Shown one piece after another: positions 9,833 to 19,778 of a stretch of 20,345 nucleotides of DNA. Source of the DNA: Octopus sinensis (lineage: Eukaryota); contig NW_021824008.1 of the NCBI RefSeq assembly GCF_006345805.1, positions 1 to 20,345 of the forward strand. Direction: 5' to 3'. The notes beneath the pieces were generated by a model. The model saw only the letters and a program-made list of their open reading frames with translations, did not search any database and had not been told where the DNA came from. Each line of letters starts with the position of its first letter. The first letter of the stretch is position 1. The position numbers were made by a program, and so were the translations under genes.

Positions 9833-10703
9833 TGTGCGAGCGAACGTTACATTCTCATTGCAGAGTAGTTTTAATTGCCGAAAAGGAAGTGTGTATTAGT
9901 CTGAGTTTGTCAGTGTATACACCATAATTACCTGGGTGTTTAAACATCAAGATGGAAGCTATACGGCCAACTGCACACAGATAACAAGCTGGTTTCCATT
10001 GCAATTAATAACAATCTACACTCAGTCAGGCTCCTGGGCCATTTCGGGGCTGGCCAGCATGCAGATTGCTTTGAAAACAAAAACAAAAAAATATCTTGCG
10101 TTGGTGTCTATATCACGTATGATATATTGTAGCACGTGGAGTTCTCTTTCTCTCTCTCTGTCTGTCTGTCTGTCTGCCTCTCTCTCTCTCTTGCATTCGC
10201 TCTCTCTCTATACACACACACAAACACACATACATACATCATCATATATATACAGATACATGTGTGTGTCCGTGTGCGTACGCCTGTTTGCATATAGGTA
10301 TGTATGTAACAAGAAAAATTAAGGGGTCTATTCATGTCTTCTACGGTATCAATTTTTGCTCCCCTTGTACATCATTTTATCTGCTCACCTGGCTTTACAG
10401 CTCCTTCGAAGGCAAGCTGCTGCCCGTTTTCAACTATTCCTTGCTTCCCTGTATCTTTCTTTCTCCTCTGCTCTACCAGTCCCCCTTCGACCTATACCTG
10501 ACGTTCGAATGTTTTACTTTGGCTCTCCTCCACTTCTTTCAGTACAGCCACTTCTTTCTCTTCTTAACTTCCTGCCACAGAAATCAGAAAACGAGCAAAC
10601 AAAATACGAATCCCATGATTTCACATTTCACACAAAGTACACATGCGCGCACACACCCAACCACACTCACATATACAAGCCACACCACACTACACCACAC
10701 ACA

Positions 10704-10750
<47 letters not shown>

Positions 10751-10777
10751 GAACACTAACACATTGACATAAATGAT

Positions 10778-10960
10778 GCGTGACACAAAGTGTGACAAGG
10801 CTGGCCCTTTGAAATACAAGTGCTATTCATTTTTGCCAGATGAGTGGACTGAAGCAGCGTGAAATAAAGTGTCTTGCTCAAGGACACAACACGTCGCCGG
10901 GAATTGAACTCACAACCTTACGATCATGAGCCGAATGTCCCTAACCACTGAGCTATGCTC
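10778..10960 (-). mobile_element. tRNA-derived SINE with CORE-like domain, 3'-truncated
   Basis: Minus strand has A-box tagctcagtgg, B-box gagttcaattcc, then tgtgtccttgagcaagacactttatttcac...catctggcaaaaatg, which resembles the MIR/CORE domain. Confidence 0.8.
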
Positions 10961-11191
10961 TAAATATACACTATTCTGGTAAATCCAATCTGTTAACTGA
11001 AATAGCAGCAGAATCACTGAAAATGTTTTATTTCCGTGGATTTTAAACGATGTTAAACCATTTTGAATGTCCTTCATTTCGAAATTCTGAATTCAACTGC
11101 CGAAAACGGTTTCTTTACAATGATGTAAATCAAAGGAATCGTTAGGAACGGCCATAATGGATTGACACCTATACTTCCACTTTTTCTCATT

Positions 11192-11231
11192 AATATATAT
11201 ATATGTATATATATAAATGTTTGTGTGTGTG

Positions 11232-11292
<61 letters not shown>

Positions 11293-11293
11293 G

Positions 11294-11343
<50 letters not shown>

Positions 11344-11410
11344 ATGTACGTATATATGTATATGCAAGTATTATGTATGTGTGCGTTTATGTATGCGGAT
11401 ATATGTGTAG
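11192..11410. repeat. Compound (TA)n/(TG)n/(TATG)n microsatellite
   Basis: Directly visible. Confidence 0.95.
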
Positions 11411-11489
11411 GCGGATAATATATACACATCGCCCAGTGTATATTTGTATATATGCAGTGATTTATGTATAACACCTTGCTAAACAGGAA

Positions 11490-11858
11490 AATAATGTCAT
11501 CCTTCAGTTGCGCAACGTTTGCTAAAACATGCCTTTCTACGGGCAGCTTAACTTCGCATATTAGTTCTCATCTCCATACGCTTGTCCCATGTGACACAAG
11601 GATCATTCCTGCAGAAATATGCCATATTTGTAATAAGATATGAAAGTCCCACGCTAATCTAAAACAAGCATTTAAACATCTATGAATCATACAAGACAAA
11701 CATTACTGTGCCACTCGAGGTGAAGCATATTTGCACTGCTTCTAATGCAACTTTCAAACAGCTCTACGGACTCAAAAGCCACTCACGAACTTATGCACGG
11801 GAAAAGTATATCTCACAAGCAGGGGCCAGATTTTAAATGGAAGCAATCAGCCTCTATA
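11490..11858 (+). mobile_element. Highly decayed triple-C2H2 zinc-finger LINE 3' end (RTE-like)
   Basis: Manual translation gives FSCATFAKTCLSTGSLTSHISSH...ICHICNKI*KSHANLKQ[frameshift]HLNIY...HICTASNATFKQLYGLKSHSRTY, which is colinear with the three fingers at 7904-8230. Confidence 0.65.
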
Positions 11859-11978
11859 TGTAGATATAGAACGATGAGAGCATATTTACATAGTAGAGCA
11901 CACGTGTTCATCTATGTATATATGCACGACTACTGAAAAGGTTGCAAGACGCAAGAAAAAGTTTAGAAAAATAAAAAC

Positions 11979-12049
11979 GAAATAAGTGGAAATTATACCA
12001 GTGGTGTGTGTTATAAGGCACCAAAAGAGAACTTTCCCTAGACACAACA

Positions 12050-12050
<1 letters not shown>
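11979..12050 (+). repeat. Dispersed repeat fragment, copy B (homologous to 1815-1893)
   Basis: See copy A. Ends agacacaacag directly before (TA)n. Confidence 0.75.
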
Positions 12051-12095
<45 letters not shown>

Positions 12096-12098
<3 letters not shown>

Positions 12099-12357
12099 GG
12101 GCGCATGGCCCAGTGGTGAGGATGTTACACTCACGATCGCGGTTTCAATTCCTAGGCCGAGCCCTACGTTGTGTTCTTGAGAAAAGCACTTTATCTCACG
12201 TTGCTCTGCGATCAATTCGAAACCTGATGCGTGGTACACTACTCACCTGTGCAGGTGATGTCTATTTGATGGAGGAGGAAGTGAGCTAACATACAGAACA
12301 TATATTTCGGCAGAAACTGAACGTTCATGCGTCGTTTTCGACAGGAGAGTCCCTCAG
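12096..12357 (+). mobile_element. Degenerate tRNA-derived SINE (CORE-like start)
   Basis: A-box tggcccagtgg, B-box-like ggtttcaattcc, then gttgtgttcttgagaaaagcactttatctcacgttgctc, similar to 10778-10960. The 3' boundary is approximate. Confidence 0.75.
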
Positions 12358-12494
12358 ATATATACACCCATAATTTACATTGCACTAGAGAGAAGGATGT
12401 GTGTAGAATATATATATATATATACCCAGTTATGCATATTTAACTGTTTTAACTCCACCAGGAATTGAAACCTGAATTAATTGGTAGTTTCTCT

Positions 12495-12570
12495 ACATAC
12501 ATATGTGTATGTATGCATATACATATTTGTGCGTGTCTGTCTGTGCATATGTATTTGTACACATATGTGT

Positions 12571-12609
<39 letters not shown>

Positions 12610-12661
12610 GTGTGTGTGTGTGTGTCTGTGTGTGTGTGTGTGTGTGTGCGTGTGTGTGTGT
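12495..12661. repeat. (TG)n microsatellite field
   Basis: Directly visible. Confidence 0.95.
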
Positions 12662-12940
12662 TTCTCTCATTCCAAACTCAAGATAAAATCATATAAGTAG
12701 TAGTCTGGTGCTGAGAAACACTGACAACGAAGAACGATTATCCATAAGATGACCGATTAATTATGTCCAAGGTAGACAAAGCCAGGAAGTGAGTGTTTAG
12801 ATACAGATGGCATGGCTGCAAGTAATGAACTCATAAATAAATGCACAAATAAGTATCGTTTAATCTTGAAAGTAGCTGTGATTATAGAAACGATTCATTC
12901 ATATATATTTACACAATTCATCTAATTTTAAGTAAGACTG

Positions 12941-13070
12941 TGTGTCTGTATGTTTGTATGTCAGTCTCCTAGTGTGTGTATGAGTATGTATGCTTGTATG
13001 CCAGTCTCCTTGTGTTGGTGTGTGGCTGTGTGTGTCTGTATGTCTGTATGGCAGTTTCCTTGTGTGTGTG
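12941..13070. repeat. Minisatellite, three copies of an approximately 40-bp unit
   Basis: tgtgtctgtatgtttgtatgtcagtctcctagtgtgtg-like units start at 12941, 12981 and 13031. Confidence 0.8.
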
Positions 13071-13167
13071 TGTGGTTATTTATGCGAGAATTCATTGAGA
13101 GGAGATAAATGTGGAGTCACGGATAAAATGGTTGACAATTCTGGTTGTTGCAGATTGTGTGTTTGCA

Positions 13168-14408
13168 CTGGTTCTGATGGCTTCCCAGCTATTCTCCTAA
13201 AGTCATGTAAGCAGGCTTTAGTGAAACCACTTCAGATACTTTTCTAAAGTCTCTTTGCAAGTGGTATACTTCCTAAAAAGCTGAAAGAAGGCATTATATG
13301 CCCTATCCACAAAGGTGGAAGCAGAGCAGAGGCCAAAAACTACAGACCAATCTCTCTGACTTCGCGTATCAGTAAAGTGATGGAGCGAATCATCAAAAAG
13401 AAGTTGATAATGTTCCTAGAAGAAAATGACCGACTGAACAATACTCAGCATGGCTTCTGTCCAGGAAGAAGCTGCTTCACACAGCTCCTGCAGCACCATG
13501 ACTGGGTTTTGAAACAGCTGCTTGACTATTCAGATGTCAGTGTGATATACCTTGACTTCGCAAAGACATTTGGTAAGGTAGATCAAGGCATGATAAGTCA
13601 TAAGCTACGAGACCTTGGCATTGCAGGTAAACTAGGAGAGTGGCTGCATGACTTCCTTAAAAACAGAAGTCAGGTAGTTGCAACCAATGGTGCCCTTTCT
13701 GAGGAAGCTAAGTGGTGTCCCCCAGTGAACTGTTCTGGAGTCATTAGTGTTCATAATAGCCCTCTTAGATACAGCCACAGTCACTCGGATAGCCAATGTC
13801 ACTAGCTATGCCGATGATGCAAAATTATTACAAGCAATAAAACCAAGATAATGTCATAAGCTGAAATAAACAACATTCAGTTTAATGCTGGAAAATTTCA
13901 AGCACAGCACTATCAACTCACGAATACAGTACAATCTACATATACAGGACCCGGAGGCACTACTATCCCAGAGTCACAGACAGTGAAAGACTTTGGCATT
14001 GAGTGCTATACAAATGCCAGAACTGGCCGTCATTGTATTGTACCAAAGGTACCATCCACCCTATCTAAATTCAGGACCAGGTACTGCAATAGTCTAGCGT
14101 TCAAAGCCCACGGCTCTTCAATTCCCTGCCACAAAAATTAAGAAATTTGCAGAAGGTGAAGGTAGATGTCTTCAAAAAGGAACTAGACATCTTCCTCTCC
14201 ACAATTTCGGATGAACCAACTGCCCGACATAAGGTACACACTAGGGCAGAAGAATCAAACTCCTTCATACACCAAATGGGCCAACAGCTGGGAAAAAGGC
14301 ACATACAGGAGTGGTGATGTGAAACACCCAGACTCAGGAAATCAGAAAGACCATGGTAGTGCTCCAGCATGACCAAGGCCGCATGGCTGAAACGAGTAAA
14401 AGCGTAAA
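13168..14408 (+). mobile_element. CR1-group LINE remnant: reverse transcriptase domain to 3' end, disrupted and internally deleted
   Basis: Motifs include GSDGFPAILLK, PIHKGGSRAEAKNYRPISLTS, QHGFCPGRSCFTQL, VIYLDFAKTFGKVD, SGVPQ, YADD (13807-13818), FNAGKFQ, VKDFGI and RLFNSLP...FKKELD. Stops and frameshifts are present. The 3' stem-loop tail is at 14359-14408. Confidence 0.93.
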
Positions 14409-14511
14409 TGTATGTATATACATCACGCTCCTAATCATAGGTATTTTGAATCAGTAATTTTGCAATTTGACAGTCCTTTGCATGGAATTTCCTCTGTTTT
14501 TTTTTTAAACC

Positions 14512-14595
14512 AAAGCCCTGAAGAGGCTTGTATAAATAGAATCGAATTTTTATATATTAGCTAATGTATATAAATCGAAACGAATTGTTGGCTTT
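14512..14595 (+). ncRNA. Minimal type-I hammerhead ribozyme motif (putative)
   Basis: Stem I aaagcc (14512-17) pairs with ggcttt (14590-95). Core CTGAAGA is at 14518-24. Stem II ggcttgtata/tatataaatc has 9/10 pairs including G-U. GAAA is at 14577-80, followed by stem III C-gaatt-G and cleavage triplet GUU (14587-89). Confidence 0.7.
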
Positions 14596-14807
14596 ATTTG
14601 GTTTTTTTTAATTTGTTGTGTTATTTTTTAATTAGTATATTACATATTATAATGTAAACAAATTCTTAGTTTGTCAATTGTATTTCTCCATTTCATTTGT
14701 ATTTCTCCACACATATTTGTGTGTGTGTGTGTGTATGCTCATACACACACATCACATGTATATAACAAGAGAGAAAAAGAAAATGGACTTTCACGTGATT
14801 CTTTATT

Positions 14808-14914
14808 AATCTCAACGATCGTTTCGACCATCGTGCATCGGTGTCTCGCGAGTGAGATTCTAGAGATTAGGTTGTGGTGCATCTTTCGGTGCAGATGTGT
14901 CTCGTCAGGTGATT
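14808..14914 (-). ncRNA. Minimal type-I hammerhead ribozyme motif (putative)
   Basis: Minus strand reads aatcac-CTGACGA-gac[long stem II]gtc-GAAA-cgatcg-TT-gagatt. Stem I has 5/6 pairs, loop III is palindromic, and AATAAA follows immediately. Confidence 0.75.
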
Positions 14915-15129
14915 TTTCAAAAGGGATTTACGATAAACTCTTGATTTATTACAACAATTTGCACTTTACTAAAACTAGATCGCCATGGAGATGATAGAAC
15001 AATCCTTTGGCGGCAATTGGAACCATCTCGAAAAGGAAAGGGGAACAGTTTGAAGAATCAAAAGAATTCTGCAAAACTGAGATATCATTAATGAGAAAAA
15101 GATAGTGATTGCTTGGGGAGAAGACAATA

Positions 15130-15306
15130 GGACCACCACCATTGCTTGACAACCGATGTTGGTGTGTTTACGTCTCCGTAAGAAACGACACAATAAGCAC
15201 CAAGCTTACAAAGAATAAGGCCAGAGGTCGAATTCTTCGACTAAAAGGCGGTGCTCCAGCATGGCCACAGTCAAATTTCTGAAACAAGCAAAAGAATAAA
15301 AGAATG
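15130..15306 (+). mobile_element. SINE 3' part with LINE-derived tail
   Basis: Ends gtgctccagcatggccacagtcaaatttctgaaacaagcaaaagaataaaagaat, which is homologous to the LINE end at 14359-14408. Confidence 0.75.
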
Positions 15307-15640
15307 ACAGAATATGTATGTCTATATGTATGTATGTATGTAGTATGTATGTATGTATGTATGTATGTATGTATGTATATACACACACAAACACACACAC
15401 ACAAAGAGAGAGACAGAAGGAGTCAGACAGACAGGCGGATGAGTTTGTATCTAGTCCTTGTGTAGCATACAGTCATACTGAGATCAAAGTAACTTTTCCA
15501 TTTGTACAGACGCTCACTTAATTTTTTCAACAACCACCACCACCACCACCATCTCCACCACCATCAATGAGTTGTATGAACTCTACTACCATAAATATGT
15601 TAAAATAATGAATCTGTAATGAATCTGTAATTAATCTGTA

Positions 15641-16038
15641 AGGCGGCGAGCTGGCAGAAACGTTAGCACGCCGGGCGAAATGCGTAGCCGTATTTCGTCT
15701 GCCGTTACGTTCCGAGTTCAAATTCCGCCGAGGTCGACTATGCCTTTCATCCTTTCGTGGTCGATTAAATAAGTACCTGTTACGCACTGGGGTCGATATA
15801 ATCGACTTAATCCGTTTGTCTGTCCTTGTTTGTCCTCTTTGTGTTTAGCCCCTTGTGGGTAGTAAAGAAATAGCTATTTCGTTTGTCTTTACGTTCTTAG
15901 TTCAAATTCCGTCGAGGTCGACTATGCATTTCGTCCTTTCAGAATCGATAAATTAAGTAGCAGTGGCATACTGGATCAATCTAATCTACTGGCCCCTCCC
16001 CACAAATCTCGGGACTTGTGCCTAGAGTAGAAAAGAAT
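15641..16038 (+). mobile_element. Dimeric SINE (monomers about 15641-15873 and 15874-16038)
   Basis: aggcggcgagctggcagaa head. The gttcaaattccg-cgaggtcgactatgc-ttt--tcctttc domain occurs twice. aatctgt flanks both ends. Confidence 0.9.
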
Positions 16039-16368
16039 CTGTTCAATAAGTTATAGGGGAAGGTTCGAGCTACGACTATTCTTATCTATCGTTCTCATTG
16101 GTGAAGTTCTTGAACGGCAGGCAAGAGGCAGGCTCTGTTAAGAAAGAATAATTAGGAAAGGTACAAAGTGAAAATATATTCCGACATGCGAGAATCTCAT
16201 CGACTTAATGGAGAAAGTTTTCGAAAGTGAAAGAAATGATGGAGCAAACCAGAATATCTTAAGAGAACACGAAGAAAGCGTTAGGTTTGAGAGTAAAACA
16301 AGAAGGTGAACACTTGAGGGCAATGACACTGACGCTGTTCCCTCACAACATTCTGAAGTAAACATTCA

Positions 16369-16455
<87 letters not shown>

Positions 16456-16737
16456 ATATATATCTGTCCGTCTGTCTATCTATCTGTGCATCTATCTATC
16501 TACTTGTCTGTCTGTCTATATATATGAGTACGTCTGTCTGTTTATCTATCTATCAGTCGTCTGTCAGTCTATCTATCTATCTATATCTCTCTCTTTATCT
16601 CTCTCTCTCTCTCTCTATCTCTCTCGTAATATTAATATATATATATATAATTATATATATTATATATATATATATATATATAATATATATATATATGCAT
16701 ATATACATACATCTATTCCTATATATATGCATATATG
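16369..16737. repeat. Compound (CT)n/(TA)n/(TCTA)n microsatellite field
   Basis: Directly visible. Confidence 0.95.
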
Positions 16738-16940
16738 GACACAGAACATCACGAAACGTGTACAACAAATAATACGACATACGAGTTAGATGTAGCATGA
16801 ACTATTTTTTCGAACAACGAAAGACACAAATGGAAAACATGACAAGCAACACAAAGAATGAACCTTCATCAGTTCTTGGCTGTTTTTCTAATCTCGTATT
16901 TCGAGTATTTATATATATATATATATACACATGCACACAC

Positions 16941-16998
<58 letters not shown>

Positions 16999-17092
16999 GC
17001 ACGCACACACGCACACACACACATCAGTATCAGCCGGTAATTTGCGAATGTCACACATAATACACTTTTTTGCGTTAATATTTATTTGTGTA

Positions 17093-17470
17093 TATCACGT
17101 TCTGTGTTCAAATTCCGCCGAGATTGACCTTACCCTTTCATCCTTTCGGTGTCGATAAATTAAATACCTATTTCTTTACTACCCACAAGGGGCTAAACAC
17201 AGAGGGGACAAACAAGGACAGACAAACGGATTAAGTCGATTACATCGACCCCAGTGCGTAACTGGTACTTAATTTACCGATCCCGAAAGGATGAAAGGCA
17301 AAGTCGACCTCGGCGGATTTGAACTCAGAACGTAACGGCAGACGAAATACGGCTACGCATTTTGCCCAGCGTGCTAACGTATCTGCCCCATTTGCGTACT
17401 GGGATTAGTCTAATCTGATGGCCCCTCCCTACAAATTTCGGGCCTTTTGCCTAGAGTAGAACAGAATATT
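17093..17470 (+). mobile_element. SINE copy interrupted by an opposite-strand SINE
   Basis: 17097-17168 and 17389-17470 match consecutive parts of the right monomer at 15890-16038. Confidence 0.8.
17167..17387 (-). mobile_element. SINE (left-monomer type) nested in reverse orientation
   Basis: Its reverse complement is highly similar to 15653-15873. Confidence 0.9.
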
Positions 17471-17574
17471 ATCCAACAACAGCTGGTCACTACGACCCGG
17501 CTCTACTGTCTCTCATTATATGTATCTCTCTGTCTATATATTATCTATCTGTCACTCTACATCTTTGCATACAT

Positions 17575-17686
17575 ATGGGTATATATGTGCACATATGCAT
17601 AAATATATAGTGTACCTGTATATATATATATATATACGTAAATGTGTGCTTGTGTGCGCGTGCGTGCGTGTGTGTAAATATATGTG

Positions 17687-17735
<49 letters not shown>

Positions 17736-17806
17736 ATATATGTATAAATACACACACACACATCACACGCCACACACACACACACCAGCACACACACACA
17801 CACACA

Positions 17807-17857
<51 letters not shown>

Positions 17858-17914
17858 GTATATATATATATATATATATATAGATAGATATGTATATATA
17901 TGTCTGTGTATGTA
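17575..17914. repeat. Compound (TA)n/(TG)n/(CA)n microsatellite field
   Basis: Directly visible. Confidence 0.95.
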
Positions 17915-17915
17915 T

Positions 17916-18140
17916 CCCAGAAGGCTTGCAAATCTAACGGAGGCTCCAAAAGACATTTTAAGATCCACCAAGATCAGAACTTATCTGTAGCTCTTGAGGG
18001 TCCAAATCGGATGTGCAATAGGTGTGGGTGCCTTTTCAGAATATTGTCTAGTTTAAAAAGCCACATCAGATGCTATGATGGTTCTAAGGTGTAGGTGCAG
18101 GAGGTGGTCAAACTCTGCATAAGATGTAAAAAAACCACCA
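17916..18140 (+). mobile_element. RTE-like LINE extreme 3' end with remnants of two C2H2 fingers
   Basis: QKACKSNGGSKRHFKIH...MCNRCGCLFRILSSLKSHIRCY parallels fingers 2 and 3 of 7904-8090. A short UTR runs into (TA)n. Confidence 0.65.
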
Positions 18141-18560
18141 TATATATATGCAAGTATGTATACATATATTTGTGTGTGTACGCCACATATATATATGTAT
18201 ATGCACGTATACATATATATGTGTATATATATAAATACACACACATGCGTAGGTACATAAATATATGCATACATAGATACACACACACATGCACATACGT
18301 ACATATATATATATATGTGTGTGGTATGTGTATGTATATGCATATATATGTGTGTGTACATATGTATGTATGTATGTAGGTAGGTATGTAGGTAGGTATG
18401 TAGGTAGGTAAGTAGGTAGGTATGTAGGTAGGTATGTAGGTAGGTAAGTAGGTAGGTATGTAGGTAGGTAAGTAGGTAGGTAGGTAGGTAGGTAGGTAGG
18501 AACGTAGGTAGGTAGGTAGGCTTGTATGTCTATACCTGTATGTATGTATCTTTGTATGCA
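18141..18560. repeat. (TA/CA)n then (TAGG/TATG)n microsatellite field
   Basis: Directly visible; the (TAGG)n block is at about 18377-18520. Confidence 0.95.
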
Positions 18561-19129
18561 AGTATGTTTCTACTTACACATGCGTATACACATATCTAGA
18601 TATGTGTCCCCTATTTACATATTACTACCTTTTGCTGCAGCAAATCGCCAATTTTTCTTCTCTCAGCATAATCTTTTCCTCTTTCTTTTCTCTTTTTACA
18701 TTTTCCTTGATATTTTACAGACGTACAACCAGAATCATTCTTCTGACACTCCAACACTTCGTTTCCTCTTCTTCACTCATCCCTTTTTTAAAATATAATT
18801 CTCTATTCTCATTTTTATTCCGTAATACATAAACGAGTTCTGACATTCTACCTATTTAAAAGTATTTTATTTCCGTTACCGTTTTTTTCCTTTCATTCTT
18901 CTCTCATCTCGTAGCTCTTACCAAGGTTAATATTTCCCAATCAGGATACGTTCGCCTCCATTTTCCTGGAGGCTCTTCACGTTACGTAAACATATACCTA
19001 AGTAAACAAGATATTTAAGTCGACGCTGCACAACTTTGTTTTTACGCTGCACATTGTTCGGAATCATATTTCTGTCAACAACAGAGTAATCTTATCCTAC
19101 AATCTTAATATTGTCTTCTTCGTGATACA

Positions 19130-19476
19130 AATGTGTGTATAGGTATGTATAGGAATGTATGTATGTATGTATGCATGTATGTACGAGTGTGCGTGTATGT
19201 ATGTACGCATGTAAGTATGAGTGTGTCTGTATGTATGTAAGTATGTATGCATGTATGTATATGTATATGTATATATATATATATATGTATGTGTGTGAGT
19301 GTGTACATAAGTATATATTGATATATATGTATACATATACATATATATACTTGTGCGCATATGTATACACGTATATGTGCATATACATAAATACACATGT
19401 GTATATGTATGTATGTACGTATGTATGTATGTATGTATGTATGTATGTATGTATGTATGTATGTGCGTATGTATAT
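19130..19476. repeat. (TATG)n/(TA)n microsatellite field
   Basis: Directly visible. Confidence 0.95.
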
Positions 19477-19778
19477 CATCCACTGCTTATACACTTCCCA
19501 TGTAGTCGTAAGGCAAGGTTGTCTTACTGTTCGATATTAATATTCTAGGTTGCCGGAGATTTCTTTGACTTAATTCCGTTTACCTGTAATCCTGGTTCCA
19601 GTAAAGATACAATAAACTACTTCGGGTTTAACTCTGCTTAGATCTGACGTTGGTCTTCATAAATAAGTAATGTGACCTGTTACATACATAAACACACAAA
19701 ACATTCATATATCTATGTGTGTGTGTGTGCGTGTGTGTTTTTATCGTGCCTGTTTTTGTGTATGTATGCATCGTGGTA

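Noticed and set aside
10264-10772. 167-aa and 138-aa ORFs, and a minus-strand EEKERYREAR-like stretch
   Set aside because: The ORFs reflect pyrimidine bias plus (CA)n. The minus strand may be a very decayed LINE linker region but is too degenerate to call.
6340-12160. tRNA-like sequences at 6340-6413, 9145-9216, 10895-10960 and 12096-12160
   Set aside because: They lack a complete cloverleaf or acceptor stem and continue into SINE bodies, so they are SINE heads rather than tRNA genes.
16138-16365. Purine-rich, coding-looking segment
   Set aside because: It has stops in the plus frames, no recognisable motif and no clear splice boundaries.
16866-16902. Minus-strand GAAA followed by CTGATGA (permuted hammerhead?)
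   Set aside because: The intervening A-rich sequence cannot form stem I, and stem II pairing is only 2 bp.
199-19548. Numerous ORFs rich in YI, CV, HT, SL or MYVC repeats
   Set aside because: They are translations of stop-free microsatellites with no domain content.
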